DNA from: an uncultured Muribaculaceae bacterium
GTDB lineage: Bacteria > Bacteroidota > Bacteroidia > Bacteroidales > Muribaculaceae
Assembly: GCA_910579605.1 (NCBI GenBank)
Contig: CAJTUG010000001.1
Span: 12,577 to 76,576, forward strand
Direction of reading: 5' to 3'
DNA length: 64,000 nucleotides
In this document: piece by piece, positions 37,150-46,866 of the stretch
How the letters are laid out: every line of letters starts with the position of its first letter
Numbering within the stretch: position 1 is the first letter of the stretch
Program-made: the position numbers and the translations under genes
Notes under the pieces: generated by a model
What the model saw: the letters and a program-made list of their open reading frames with translations, nothing else
What the model was told of the DNA's origin: nothing
The model's database searches: none

Positions 37150-38628
37150 ATGGAAAAAGAACAAAATATGAGCTTTGGCGAAGATTTCCGCCGCCGTATC
37201 AAAGAAATAAAATTGAGCCGCTGGATTCGTTTCGGCGTTGTTAGTCTTATCTTTATCTTTTGGACGATATGGCTCGGGTGGCCATTGCTTTTTCTGATAC
37301 TCCTATTTGATATTTATATAACCGGTTACATCCCTTTTACATGGTGGAAAAAAAGTAAGACACCATGGGTAAAGAGCGTTATGAGCTGGGTTGACGCTAT
37401 AGTGTATGCTCTAATATTGGTATATTTTGTTTTTGCATTCGTCGGGCAGAATTACCAGATACCGTCGAGCTCGCTTGAAAAGACTTTGCTCACGGGCGAT
37501 TATCTGTGGGTCAATAAAATGGTTTATGGTCCGCGAGTTCCTTTTACTCCGGTTCATTTCCCTTTGGTTCATAACAAGCTTTTTGGAGTTAAGAGTTATC
37601 TCGACAGCCCTTCCAATAGCTACAAGCGCCTGAAGGGTCTGAGAAATGTTGAAGAAGGAGATATTGTGGTCTTCAATTTTCCTGCCGGGGATACTGTGGC
37701 AGAAAAATTTGAGGAAACGCCCATGTATTATGATTTATTGGTGAAGCAATATGGCCGAGAGGCTTTGCACCGCGATAAGCAGCGTTTCGGCGATATAATT
37801 TACCGTCCGGTGGACCGCCGGCAGAATTTCGTAAAAAGGGCTGTAGGTCTTCCCGGGCAGAATTTCAGGATTTCCGACGACGTTATTTACATTGATGGCG
37901 AGGCTCGTCCTTTCCCGGAAAATGTTCAGTTTAATTATGTGTTTGCCACCAATACAGCGCTTTTAGAGCAAGATCTCAAGGATTTGGATATGGCTCCTTC
38001 GGATTTGTCGGCTTTTGATTGGCGTGGGGAAACAGGAGCAAATCTGCGTCATTTCCTCCCCGGTTCTGCCGACGGGAATTATCTTTATATGGCGCCGTTG
38101 ACCAATGGCATGATTGAGCAGATGAAATCTAAGGGTATTTTGACAGATTATGTAAAGTTCAACGATATATCCCATTATTTTATGGGTATGGATATGAATT
38201 CCATGGTGTTCCCTTATGGTTCTGATGCCGATTGGACTCTTTCGGATTTTGGAGGTGACAAAGGAATTCTTATTCCGGCAAAAGGTATGACCGTGGAGCT
38301 TACCCCTGAGAACTGGACGCTTTACCAACGTTGTATCCGCAACTATGAGGGTCATGACGAGGCATATTTTGATGAGGCGAGCCAGACGGCTTATATAGGA
38401 GGTGAGCCTGCCAGGACATATACTTTCGGAATGGACTATTATTTTATGATGGGCGATAACCGCGATAATTCTCAAGATTCCCGCTTCTGGGGCTTTGTTC
38501 CGGAAGACCATATCGTTGGTACACCTATGATTGTATTGGCTTCGTTTGATCAGGAACGCGGTCTTTCCGACGGTAAGATACGATGGAACCGTATACTTCG
38601 TAGTGCCAATCCCGACAAATCGAAATAA
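37150..38628 (+). CDS. lepB: signal peptidase I
   Basis: [20 protein letters not shown] (catalytic Ser box), [32 protein letters not shown]. Confidence 0.9.
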   Translation: MEKEQNMSFGEDFRRRIKEIKLSRWIRFGVVSLIFIFWTIWLGWPLLFLILLFDIYITGYIPFTWWKKSKTPWVKSVMSWVDAIVYALILVYFVFAFVGQNYQIPSSSLEKTLLTGDYLWVNKMVYGPRVPFTPVHFPLVHNKLFGVKSYLDSPSNSYKRLKGLRNVEEGDIVVFNFPAGDTVAEKFEETPMYYDLLVKQYGREALHRDKQRFGDIIYRPVDRRQNFVKRAVGLPGQNFRISDDVIYIDGEARPFPENVQFNYVFATNTALLEQDLKDLDMAPSDLSAFDWRGETGANLRHFLPGSADGNYLYMAPLTNGMIEQMKSKGILTDYVKFNDISHYFMGMDMNSMVFPYGSDADWTLSDFGGDKGILIPAKGMTVELTPENWTLYQRCIRNYEGHDEAYFDEASQTAYIGGEPARTYTFGMDYYFMMGDNRDNSQDSRFWGFVPEDHIVGTPMIVLASFDQERGLSDGKIRWNRILRSANPDKSK

Positions 38629-38651
38629 TAGCGGCTTGTTTGTGATGAGCA

Positions 38652-39296
38652 ATGGATAAGGGCGCCATTATTTTACCTCCGCAGTTGTTTGCATCAACCG
38701 GCTATTATGCTTTGATGATGAGCAGCGACTATGTGGCGATAGATTATGATTTGCGTTTTGACAAACGTTTTAAGTCGGTCCATCGCTATGATATAGCCGA
38801 TACTCGCGGTCTGTTGCAGTTGACTGTTCCTGTGAGCCGCCGTGCCGGATTTTTTACGGATGGCGGCTTGAAATGGAGCGATATTGATGTGTCGGCACAT
38901 GGCCGGTGGTGGGAAGTGCATAAGACGGCATTGGAAAGCGCTTATGGGCGTACGCCTTTTTTTGAATATTTGTTTTATAAATTTGAACCTCTTTTTGACG
39001 CGCGTTCGGTGGGTGGCGGCGAAACTATCTGCTCTTTGTGTAGCCGAGCCGATGAAATAGTGCGTGGAGTCTTGGGTATAAGAACAAAAGTAATATCTGT
39101 AGAGGAAGCATTGTCTATGGGTGCGATGGATTTGCGTCGGCGTGAAGCTTTGGAGGCTGCCATGCCGACGGTAGGACCATATTACCAAGTGCGGGCCGAT
39201 AAACTTGGTTTTATATCCGGACTTTCTATTTTAGATCTTATTTTCAATATGGGAACAGAGGCGCCGCTGTCGTTGAAAGATTGTATAAAAAGCTGA
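38652..39296 (+). CDS. WbqC family protein
   Basis: PPQLFASTGYYALMMSSDYVAIDYD..HRYDIADTRGLLQLTVPV. The position downstream of lepB is conserved. Confidence 0.75.
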   Translation: MDKGAIILPPQLFASTGYYALMMSSDYVAIDYDLRFDKRFKSVHRYDIADTRGLLQLTVPVSRRAGFFTDGGLKWSDIDVSAHGRWWEVHKTALESAYGRTPFFEYLFYKFEPLFDARSVGGGETICSLCSRADEIVRGVLGIRTKVISVEEALSMGAMDLRRREALEAAMPTVGPYYQVRADKLGFISGLSILDLIFNMGTEAPLSLKDCIKS

Positions 39297-39308
39297 TATA
39301 GAATATAT

Positions 39309-39350
39309 AGAGCCAACAAGGCGTCCATGCAGGGACGCCTTGTTGGCTCT
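39309..39350. terminator. perfect 18-bp hairpin downstream of the WbqC gene
   Basis: AGAGCCAACAAGGCGTCC - atgcag - GGACGCCTTGTTGGCTCT. No clean T-run follows. Confidence 0.55.
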
Positions 39351-39435
39351 TGAATCTATCCGGCTTAGGTTCTTTTAACTTAATGTGATGCAAACCGCTT
39401 TGCGGATTTTTTTTACCTTAATTTTAAATACTTGA

Positions 39436-39469
39436 AAACCAATTATAAACCAATCTTAAATAAACCAAT
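39436..39469. repeat. three AAACCAAT direct repeats in an AT-rich convergent intergenic region
   Basis: Copies at 39436-39443, 39447-39454 and 39462-39469. Confidence 0.5.
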
Positions 39470-39580
39470 CAATAACCTTAAAATCTATATCTTTTTTTCC
39501 GGCAACCAGGGTTCCGGACTTACCTTATCTATATCTATTGTGATATATTGTATTTTTTTCTGTAATAGCTGGCCATGGGC

Positions 39581-40084
39581 TTAACGGTAGTCTGCAAATC
39601 TTTCTTGCAATTTTTTGCGGGCGAAGAATATGCGGCTTTTAATTGTACCGACAGGCAACCCCATGTGGTCGGCGATTTCGTTGTATTTGTAGCCGGCAAC
39701 GTGCATAGAGAATGGGATTCTGTATCCTTCTGCAAATTCGTTGATAGCAGCAGTGATTTCGGTAGCCCCATAAGATCCTTCCGGAGATTCGATACCGGAG
39801 TCTTGGCTCAGGTTGAGATGATAGAGATTGTCGGTGGTGTCTATCATTGTAGCCGAGCGAACGCCTCTTCTGTAATTGTTGATGAAGATGTTTCTCATAA
39901 TTGTGAACACCCATCCTTTGAAATTAGTGTTTTCGGCGTATTTGTCTTCGTTGTCAAGCGCCTTGAGGGTGGTGTCCTGAAGGAGGTCGTATGCGTCATC
40001 TCGGTTGCTGGTGAGCATGTATGCGAAATTTAGGAGGTTGTCCTGAAGTTTCATCAAGTTTGATTGAAATTTTGCGCTTGCCAT
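39581..40084 (-). CDS. RNA polymerase sigma-70 family factor (ECF-like), no adjacent anti-sigma
   Basis: Region 2 DAYDLLQDTTLKAL..GWVFTIMRNIFINNYRR. Region 4 YKYNEIADHMGLPVGTIKSRIFFARKKL. Start set at M29 (40084) because the -7 box at 40157-40164 lies inside the longer track ORF. Confidence 0.85.
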   Translation of the reverse strand: MASAKFQSNLMKLQDNLLNFAYMLTSNRDDAYDLLQDTTLKALDNEDKYAENTNFKGWVFTIMRNIFINNYRRGVRSATMIDTTDNLYHLNLSQDSGIESPEGSYGATEITAAINEFAEGYRIPFSMHVAGYKYNEIADHMGLPVGTIKSRIFFARKKLQERFADYR

Positions 40085-40156
40085 ACGGGTTAATTTTTTA
40101 GGGGTTTGAGAATCGTTTTTTTGGGGTTGTGAAGCAGTTGTTTTTGTTTCACGACT

Positions 40157-40164
40157 CAAAGTTA
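40157..40164 (-). promoter_or_regulatory. -7 box (TAACTTTG) for the sigma factor gene
   Basis: The plus strand reads caaagtta, about 73 nt upstream of ATG 40084. It follows the CACCGA-T7-(T)CGGTG hairpin at 40166-40183. Confidence 0.5.
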
Positions 40165-40277
40165 GCACCGATTTTTTTCGGTGTCAACTTTTTTTGCAAT
40201 ATTTTTTTGAAATTTCTGAAATTTTCAAAAACCATAACTTTAAAATACAGATAATCAGACAGATATGAAATTACAGA

Positions 40278-40324
40278 ATTGTTACAAGATTGTTACGTAC
40301 GAATATTTGTAACATTTTTGTAAT
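40278..40324. promoter_or_regulatory. operator-like array of phased repeats between the sigma factor and the efflux operon
   Basis: ATTGTTAC at 40278-40285 and 40289-40296 (11-nt phasing). TTTGTAAC at 40306-40313 and TTTGTAAT at 40317-40324 (11-nt phasing). TGTTAC-N12-GTAACA is an inverted pair. Confidence 0.4.
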
Positions 40325-40460
40325 TGAGTTTTCATCATATTGTGTATGCTTGTATGTAACTAAAGATATGCATATACGTCTTATAAATACAACAAACGAT
40401 TTACAAGGACACATTTTTTTACTACAATCTATATAAATTGAATAAAACGCATCAATCCAG

Positions 40461-41132
40461 ATGATTATTAAACTCACAGATGTAAATAAGACTTATCCCG
40501 GTGCTGTTCCTCTTCATGTACTCAAGGATATCAATCTTGAGATAAGGCGTGGCGAGCTTGTGTCAATAATGGGTGCATCGGGATCGGGGAAATCTACGTT
40601 GCTTAATATTTTGGGTATATTAGACAATTATGATTCCGGCGAATATCTATTAGACGGAGTTGAAATAAAGGATTTGAGTGAAAATCGAGCAGCCGAGTTG
40701 AGGAACAAGATGATAGGTTTTGTCTTCCAGTCGTTTAATCTGATAAGCTACAAGACTGCTCTGGAGAATGTTGCACTTCCTTTGTTTTATCAAGGTGTCG
40801 GGCGCAAGAAACGCAATCTCATGGCAATGGAGCAGTTGGAGCGCATGGGTCTTGCCGACCGGGCCACCCATTTGCCGGGAGAATTGTCGGGCGGACAGAA
40901 ACAGCGAGTTGCAATAGCTCGGTCTATAGTTACGAATCCGTCGTTAATTCTTGCGGATGAGCCAACGGGGGCATTGGATTCGCATACATCTAAAGAGGTT
41001 ATGGAAGTTTTCCGGCAACTGAATTCCGATGGGATGACAGTTGTGATCGTTACCCACGATCCCGGAGTTGGAGCTGCGACAGATCGTATAATCCGTATAG
41101 TAGACGGTGAAATAGCACACGGTAATGTTTGA
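40461..41132 (+). CDS. ABC transporter ATP-binding protein (MacB/LolD type)
   Basis: GASGSGKSTLLN, LSGGQKQRVAIARS, ILADEPTGALD. Confidence 0.95.
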   Translation: MIIKLTDVNKTYPGAVPLHVLKDINLEIRRGELVSIMGASGSGKSTLLNILGILDNYDSGEYLLDGVEIKDLSENRAAELRNKMIGFVFQSFNLISYKTALENVALPLFYQGVGRKKRNLMAMEQLERMGLADRATHLPGELSGGQKQRVAIARSIVTNPSLILADEPTGALDSHTSKEVMEVFRQLNSDGMTVVIVTHDPGVGAATDRIIRIVDGEIAHGNV

Positions 41133-42339
41133 TCTTATCCGCGAAATAGCGCAGACATTGCGCAATAACCGGCTCAGGACTATCCTCACCGGTCTGGCTG
41201 TGGCATGGGGAATATTCATGCTGATAGTTTTGTTGGGGGCGTCTAAGGGTGTTATGCAGTCGTTTGAGCATAATTCGTCGGAGATGGGCTCTAATAATTC
41301 AATGACAATTTTTGGCGGTAGGACGTCCAAGCCTTATAAAGGTTATAAAGAAGGCAGATGGATATCGTTGAAGAATTCAGATATAGATAAGATAGAACAC
41401 GACAACCGTGAAATCGTGAGTAAAGTAATCTCGTATGCGTCGGAAAATACGAATATTTCTACGCCTCGCGATTTTGTGAGCGAAGGTTTTGATGCGGTTT
41501 ATCCCGATGCAATAAAGACAAATAATTTAGGTCAAATGAAATATGGCCGTTTTATTAATGATCGAGATATGGAGGAGCGTCGCAGGGTTATGGTGCTTGC
41601 CTCCACACATGCCCGCATGCTTTTCCCTACAGAAGAGGAGGCGGTAGGCGGTGTCGTTACTTCTATGGGTCTTGCTTGGACGGTTATCGGGGTTTATGAG
41701 CATCCTTGGCGCAGCGGTAATTATGTGCCGTATACAACCTATAAGGCTATTACGGGCAATACAGACGAGGCATACAAACTTGATGTTACTGTAGAAGGCC
41801 TGAAGACAGAAGCCGACGGTATAGCTGCCGAAAATGCGATAAGGCAGACTCTTGCCCGCAGTCATGAGTTTGACCCCGAAGACCAGAACAGTCTTTGGGT
41901 GTGGAATAAGTTTGTGGATTATCTTACCACCCGTGCCGGTTTGGGCTATCTTGATTTGGCGGTTTGGGTTATAGGTATTTTTACGTTGCTATCAGGAATA
42001 GTAGGTATAAGCAATATCATGTTTGTGAGTGTGCGCGAGCGTACCCATGAAATAGGTATCAGGCGAGCTATAGGCGCAAAGCCACGTAATATTTTGACTC
42101 AGATATTGCTTGAGAGTGTGGTTATCACTACTATATTCGGCTATATAGGAGTTGTCTTTGGCACAGCGGTTTTGCAGCTTATAAGCGCGTTTGTTCCCGA
42201 GATGGCATATGTTGCGGTAGATTTAAATCTTGCGTTTAAGGTTACGGTGGCGTTGATAGTCGCCGGTTGCGTTGCCGGGCTTTTCCCTGCTTTGAAAGCT
42301 ATAAAAGTTAAACCAGTAGAAGCTTTGCGCGACGAATAA
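41125..42339 (+). CDS. ABC transporter permease (MacB periplasmic domain + FtsX)
   Basis: 404 aa. N-terminal TM, large periplasmic domain, C-terminal FtsX-like 3-TM with ERTHEIGIRRAIGAK. Confidence 0.9.
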   Translation: MFDLIREIAQTLRNNRLRTILTGLAVAWGIFMLIVLLGASKGVMQSFEHNSSEMGSNNSMTIFGGRTSKPYKGYKEGRWISLKNSDIDKIEHDNREIVSKVISYASENTNISTPRDFVSEGFDAVYPDAIKTNNLGQMKYGRFINDRDMEERRRVMVLASTHARMLFPTEEEAVGGVVTSMGLAWTVIGVYEHPWRSGNYVPYTTYKAITGNTDEAYKLDVTVEGLKTEADGIAAENAIRQTLARSHEFDPEDQNSLWVWNKFVDYLTTRAGLGYLDLAVWVIGIFTLLSGIVGISNIMFVSVRERTHEIGIRRAIGAKPRNILTQILLESVVITTIFGYIGVVFGTAVLQLISAFVPEMAYVAVDLNLAFKVTVALIVAGCVAGLFPALKAIKVKPVEALRDE

Positions 42340-42350
42340 AGAAAACGACA

Positions 42351-43598
42351 ATGAAATTAGCGATATTCGACATAGAAAATTGGCGCGAAATCGGGGCTAC
42401 GCTTGCAAGGAACAAAACGAGGACATTTCTTACTGCCTTCGGAATTTTTTGGGGTACGGCCATGCTTGCGATGCTTCTGGGGGGCGCTTCGGGTATGGAA
42501 GGTATAATGCGGCGTCAGTTTGCCGGTTTTGCCACAAACATGGGGGCTACGTTTTCCGGCACCCGTTCCCTTTCGTACAAGGGTTTTAACAAAGGTTCTT
42601 ATTGGCAGTTGACCGAGCAGGATATAGCGCTTGTGCGTAGTAAAGCGCCGTATATTGAAAAGTCGTCGGAAATTAACGGGAAAAGTGTGACAGCAACGTA
42701 TGGCGATAAGACCAAGAGTTGCCAAGTTATAGGAGTTGAGGCGGAGTATTCCGAAATAGTCTCGCCTATATTGACAGAGGGCCGGCTTTTGAATGAGACC
42801 GATGTTTTGCATAACCGTAAGGTTGCTGTCATTGGAAAGAATATGGCTACGGAATTGTTTGGGTCGGGGTCCCCATTGGGCAAATATGTTGGATTGGACG
42901 GTGTTTATTTCCTTGTTGTAGGTGTTGCGGCACAGCGAGGCGACATGTCGATTGCCGGTCGCATAGACGATAGTTTTTTGCTCCCGTCTACCACAATGCG
43001 TCGTGCATACAATTTCGGCAATAAAGTGGGATTTTTTGTTTACACGGCTCCATCGGGTCATGGACCGAGTGAAAATGAGGCAGCAATCCGCAGGGCTATA
43101 AGCCACAATCATCCAATCCACCCCAACGACGAACGTGCTATCCAGTTTATGGATATATCTCAGAATTTTGCTATGGTAGACGGCCTTTTCCTTGGCTTGT
43201 CTATATTGGCACTGTTTGTGGGCGCCGGATCTCTTATGGCTGGAGTTATAGGCGTGGGTAATATAATGTGGATTATAGTTAAAGAACGCACCCACGAGTT
43301 CGGGATAAGACGTGCGTTGGGGGCTAAACCGTTGGATATTACGGTTCAGGTTCTGTCGGAGAGCGTAGTGCTTACACTCATATCGGGAGTGGCGGGTGTG
43401 TGCTTTGCGACGATAGTGCTTGGAGTGGTAGACATGGTTTCTGCTGATCCGATCCACGGGACTGCAGGTTTCCAGATAAGTTTCGGGCTTGCCATGGGGA
43501 TTGTATTTGCGTTTATCGTTCTCGGCACGGCAGCCGGTACATTGCCGGCAGTGAAGGCAATGAAAATCAAACCTATAGAGGCGTTGCGCGACAAATAA
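42351..43598 (+). CDS. ABC transporter permease (MacB periplasmic domain + FtsX), paralog
   Basis: 415 aa with the same architecture; ERTHEFGIRRALGAK. Confidence 0.9.
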   Translation: MKLAIFDIENWREIGATLARNKTRTFLTAFGIFWGTAMLAMLLGGASGMEGIMRRQFAGFATNMGATFSGTRSLSYKGFNKGSYWQLTEQDIALVRSKAPYIEKSSEINGKSVTATYGDKTKSCQVIGVEAEYSEIVSPILTEGRLLNETDVLHNRKVAVIGKNMATELFGSGSPLGKYVGLDGVYFLVVGVAAQRGDMSIAGRIDDSFLLPSTTMRRAYNFGNKVGFFVYTAPSGHGPSENEAAIRRAISHNHPIHPNDERAIQFMDISQNFAMVDGLFLGLSILALFVGAGSLMAGVIGVGNIMWIIVKERTHEFGIRRALGAKPLDITVQVLSESVVLTLISGVAGVCFATIVLGVVDMVSADPIHGTAGFQISFGLAMGIVFAFIVLGTAAGTLPAVKAMKIKPIEALRDK

Positions 43599-43643
43599 GA
43601 ATATAAGAAATAATTTAATCTGTAAAATCAATATCATCGCAAT

Positions 43644-44735
43644 ATGAAAAAGTTTTTCCGTATCCTCATGTGGGTAGTTATATCTGCAATATTTGTGGGG
43701 ACATTCGTTTATCTTTATCTCAATTCGAAAACACCCGAAGAAGTCTATGGCAAGGTGATTCCGGAACGTGCCGATATTCAGCGTACCACGGTTTTGACGG
43801 GTAAGATAGAGCCTCGCGACGAGATAGAAATCAAACCTCAGATATCGGGTATCGTGAGCGAAATCAATGTTGAGCCAGGCGATAAGGTCCAGGCCGGAGA
43901 TGTGATAGCTAAAATCAAGGTAATACCAGAGGCCTCACAGCTTTCGTCGGCGCAAAGCAGAGTCAATAATGCCAAAATAGACCTTTCCGATTGCCAGATA
44001 AAATATGACCGGGCAAAAGCTCTTTACGAGAAGAAAGTAATTTCGCGTGAGGAGTATGAGACCGCAGAGAAAAACTTAAATAAGGCTGCAGAAGAGGTTC
44101 AGGCAGCCGATGATGCCTATACGATCGTTCGCGAGGGGGTGTCGAAATACAATGCCAAGGAGAGCAACACTTTGGTTAGGGCTACTATCACAGGTTTAGT
44201 GCTTGATGTGCCGGTGAAGGTCGGTTCTTCAGTGATCCAGGCTAACACGATGAATGATGGTACTACCATTGCTACTATTGCCGATATGACAAATCTTATT
44301 TTCAAGGGTAATGTGGATGAGACCGAGGTCGGTTCGCTCAAGGTTGGTATGCCGATGAGTATTTCCATCGGTGCAATGCCCGAAAAAAATCCTACGGCAG
44401 TTGTAGAGTATATAGCTCCTAAGGGAACGGATACCAATGGGGCAAATTCGTTTGAAATCAAGGCGGAATTGAGCCTTGACGATACAGAGGGTTTGCGTGC
44501 CGGTTACAGTGCCAATGCTACTGTTACTCTTGAGAAAGCCGGCAATGTGATGTCGTTGCCTGAGTCTGTGATTGAATTTGCCGGCGATAGCACGTTTGTG
44601 TATGTTATGACAGATTCTTTGCCCAAGGCTATTTATAAGAGAGTGCCGGTTGTAACGGGCTTGAGCGACGGGATAAAGATAGAAATCAAGGAGGGCATAG
44701 ATTCGACTGCTACTGTCCGTGGCTCTAAAATGTGA
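43644..44735 (+). CDS. efflux transporter periplasmic adaptor subunit (HlyD/MacA family)
   Basis: N-terminal TM, lipoyl-like GDKVQAGDVIAKI, coiled-coil hairpin, beta-barrel domains. Confidence 0.9.
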   Translation: MKKFFRILMWVVISAIFVGTFVYLYLNSKTPEEVYGKVIPERADIQRTTVLTGKIEPRDEIEIKPQISGIVSEINVEPGDKVQAGDVIAKIKVIPEASQLSSAQSRVNNAKIDLSDCQIKYDRAKALYEKKVISREEYETAEKNLNKAAEEVQAADDAYTIVREGVSKYNAKESNTLVRATITGLVLDVPVKVGSSVIQANTMNDGTTIATIADMTNLIFKGNVDETEVGSLKVGMPMSISIGAMPEKNPTAVVEYIAPKGTDTNGANSFEIKAELSLDDTEGLRAGYSANATVTLEKAGNVMSLPESVIEFAGDSTFVYVMTDSLPKAIYKRVPVVTGLSDGIKIEIKEGIDSTATVRGSKM

Positions 44736-44741
44736 TTTGTC

Positions 44742-46028
44742 ATGAGGTTATCTGCTATAATATTTGCCATGGCCACTGGTATTGTGGCTTCGGCTCAGAC
44801 ATGGACGCTTGATAGCTGTATAAACTATGCTGTAGAGCATAATATCAACGTTAGAAACAGTGAGTTGCAAAGCGAGAGCGGACGCTTGAGTGTTGTTCAG
44901 GCAAAAGACCGTTTTCTGCCGAACCTGTCGGGCTATGCGTCGCAGAGTTTTAATTTCGGGCGCGGATTGACAGCCAATAATACTTATGCCAACCGCAATA
45001 CGAGTTCGTTTTCTGTTGGCGCACAGTTGCAGTTGCCTCTTTTCCAAGGCCTTTCGGCCATACGCAATTTGGATTATGCCAAAGCTAATCTCAGGGCTTT
45101 GGTAGAGCAGACGGAGGCGACTAAAGACGATGTTGCGCTCAATGTTACTTCGCAATATCTCCAGGCTCTTTATGCTGCGGAAATGGTGGGGGTGGCAGAA
45201 GAGAATCTTTCTATTTCTAAAAACGAGTTAGCCCGTACCCGGGAATTGCTTGAGGGCGGAAAGGTTCCGGAGCTGGATCTTTATCAAGTAGAGGCACAGG
45301 TTGCTCAAGACGAACTCACTCTTGTTAATGCCAGGAACGATAGCAGTATAGCATTGCTTGATCTTGCTCAGATGCTGAATCTCCCATCATACGAAGGATT
45401 TGCCATATCTCCATTGGTTGAGGAAAAACTTACTTTGGTGCCTGCCGACGAAGTTTTTGCCAATGCTTTGGCTCGGAATCATTCTATGAAGGCTTATGAA
45501 CTACAAGTAGTCGCAGCCGAAAAGAATGTGTCGGTAGCCAAGGCCGGTTATATACCTCAATTGAGCTTTAATGCCGGCATAGGGACAAACTACTACAAGA
45601 CCAGCGGTTACGATAATGAATCGTTTGGAGGGCAGATGCGTCATAATTTTTCTAAGAGCATAGGTTTTTCGTTGCAAGTGCCGCTGTTTGACGCGTTTTC
45701 AACGCGCAACAATGTTAAGCGAGCACGAATCAATGCGCTTACAGCGCAATTACAGCTTGATGATACCCGGATGAAGCTATATAAGGCTATTACACAGGCG
45801 CATGCTCAGGCTATAGCGGCAATGAAGAAATATGATGCGTCTCAGGTGAGTGTTTCTTCTACGATGAAAGCACTTGAAGCCATGCAGATAAAGTATTCCA
45901 ATGGCCGTGCCAATGCCACAGAGTTGCAAAAAGCACAGTCGGATTATACCAAGTCTTTGGCTGAGACGGTTCAGGCCAAGTATGAAGCAGATTTGAGAAT
46001 CCGTATCGTGAATTTCTATAATAAATAG
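44742..46028 (+). CDS. TolC family outer membrane efflux protein
   Basis: Signal peptide plus two OEP repeats (LPNLSGYASQSFNFG.., IPQLSFNAGIGTNYY..). Confidence 0.9.
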   Translation: MRLSAIIFAMATGIVASAQTWTLDSCINYAVEHNINVRNSELQSESGRLSVVQAKDRFLPNLSGYASQSFNFGRGLTANNTYANRNTSSFSVGAQLQLPLFQGLSAIRNLDYAKANLRALVEQTEATKDDVALNVTSQYLQALYAAEMVGVAEENLSISKNELARTRELLEGGKVPELDLYQVEAQVAQDELTLVNARNDSSIALLDLAQMLNLPSYEGFAISPLVEEKLTLVPADEVFANALARNHSMKAYELQVVAAEKNVSVAKAGYIPQLSFNAGIGTNYYKTSGYDNESFGGQMRHNFSKSIGFSLQVPLFDAFSTRNNVKRARINALTAQLQLDDTRMKLYKAITQAHAQAIAAMKKYDASQVSVSSTMKALEAMQIKYSNGRANATELQKAQSDYTKSLAETVQAKYEADLRIRIVNFYNK

Positions 46029-46053
46029 TCTTGGCTTTTTTAGGCCTTATTTG

Positions 46054-46061
46054 TATCTTTG
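46054..46061 (+). promoter_or_regulatory. -7 box (TATCTTTG) for recO
   Basis: 46 nt upstream of the recO ATG and directly abutting the terminator hairpin. Confidence 0.45.
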
Positions 46062-46104
46062 CAGTGGACAAGTCGAAAAAGGCTTGCCCACTGTTTGGTT
46101 TTTT
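46062..46104 (+). terminator. intrinsic terminator of the efflux operon, adjacent to the recO promoter
   Basis: CAGTGGACAAG - 10 nt - CTTGCCCACTG (11 bp, one mismatch) followed by TTTGGTTTTTT. Confidence 0.6.
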
Positions 46105-46106
46105 AG

Positions 46107-46832
46107 ATGTTTACTCCTGTACATTGTATAGCTCTGCGCACCGTTAAGGTTTCGGACGACCGCTCGCTTTTGTCGGTATGGACACGCGAGATTGGCCGAG
46201 CAACCTTTTCTATGCCATCGGGGTCGGGGCGCGAGGCGAAGCGGCGCAAAGCATTGACCAGTCCGTTGGCAATTTTTGAAGGGGTGGTAGACATAAAGCC
46301 GGGCAAAGAGATACTGTCGGTGAAAGATTTTAAGGTTATGAGCGGCACTTTGGCATATGAAAGTTCTCCCGTAAAAGGCCTTATATCTATGTTCCTCGCC
46401 GAAGTCCTTGATTTGTTGCTGCGGCGTCAGGAAGCCGACGAGATTTTATCGGACTATCTTTTTAATTCTTTGCAGATTTTTTCGGATCTTGAAGACCCAA
46501 TAGGAATAGCAAATTTCCATTTAGTGTTTTTATATGGTCTATGCCGTCTTGGCGGAGTGGAGCCTGATTTGAGCAGCTATAGTGAAAGGGCTATTTTTGA
46601 TATGCGCGAAGGACGCTACCGCGCCACGCAGCCACTTCACGACAGTTATCTTGCCGGGAATACGGCGTTTGGTCCTAAGCTGTTGTCGCGTATGAATTAC
46701 AGGAATATGCATAAGGTATTGCTCAGCCGCTCAGACCGCGTTGCAATGCTCAATAAAATTATAGAGTATATAGGTATCCATTTTGTGCCGTTGACTTCGC
46801 TCAAGAGTCTTGACGTGCTCAAAACAATTTGA
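46107..46832 (+). CDS. recO: DNA repair protein RecO
   Basis: 241 aa. N-terminal OB-fold region ALRTVKVSDDRSLLSVWTREIGRATF; typical length and layout. Confidence 0.85.
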   Translation: MFTPVHCIALRTVKVSDDRSLLSVWTREIGRATFSMPSGSGREAKRRKALTSPLAIFEGVVDIKPGKEILSVKDFKVMSGTLAYESSPVKGLISMFLAEVLDLLLRRQEADEILSDYLFNSLQIFSDLEDPIGIANFHLVFLYGLCRLGGVEPDLSSYSERAIFDMREGRYRATQPLHDSYLAGNTAFGPKLLSRMNYRNMHKVLLSRSDRVAMLNKIIEYIGIHFVPLTSLKSLDVLKTI

Positions 46833-46842
46833 ATTCATATTA

Positions 46843-46850
46843 TAAGTTTG
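46843..46850 (+). promoter_or_regulatory. -7 box (TAAGTTTG) for the acyltransferase gene
   Basis: 17 nt upstream of ATG 46867. Confidence 0.4.
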
Positions 46851-46866
46851 AAAATTTGTCTCTTTT

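Noticed and set aside
37963-39188. Minus-strand ORFs of 229 aa (37963..38652) and 164 aa (38694..39188).
   Set aside because: They are antisense to lepB and the WbqC gene respectively, both of which have clear family motifs on the plus strand.
40271-40477. 68-aa minus-strand ORF filling the sigma/efflux intergenic region.
   Set aside because: It lies in very AT-rich DNA, overlaps the ABC ATPase start, and the product is Ile/Phe/Tyr-rich as expected from AT bias. The region is better explained as promoter/operator DNA.
42357-43637. 426-aa minus-strand ORF.
   Set aside because: It is antisense to the second FtsX/MacB permease (ERTHEFGIRRALGAK on the plus strand). The product is Arg/His/Cys/Tyr-rich with no domain signature.
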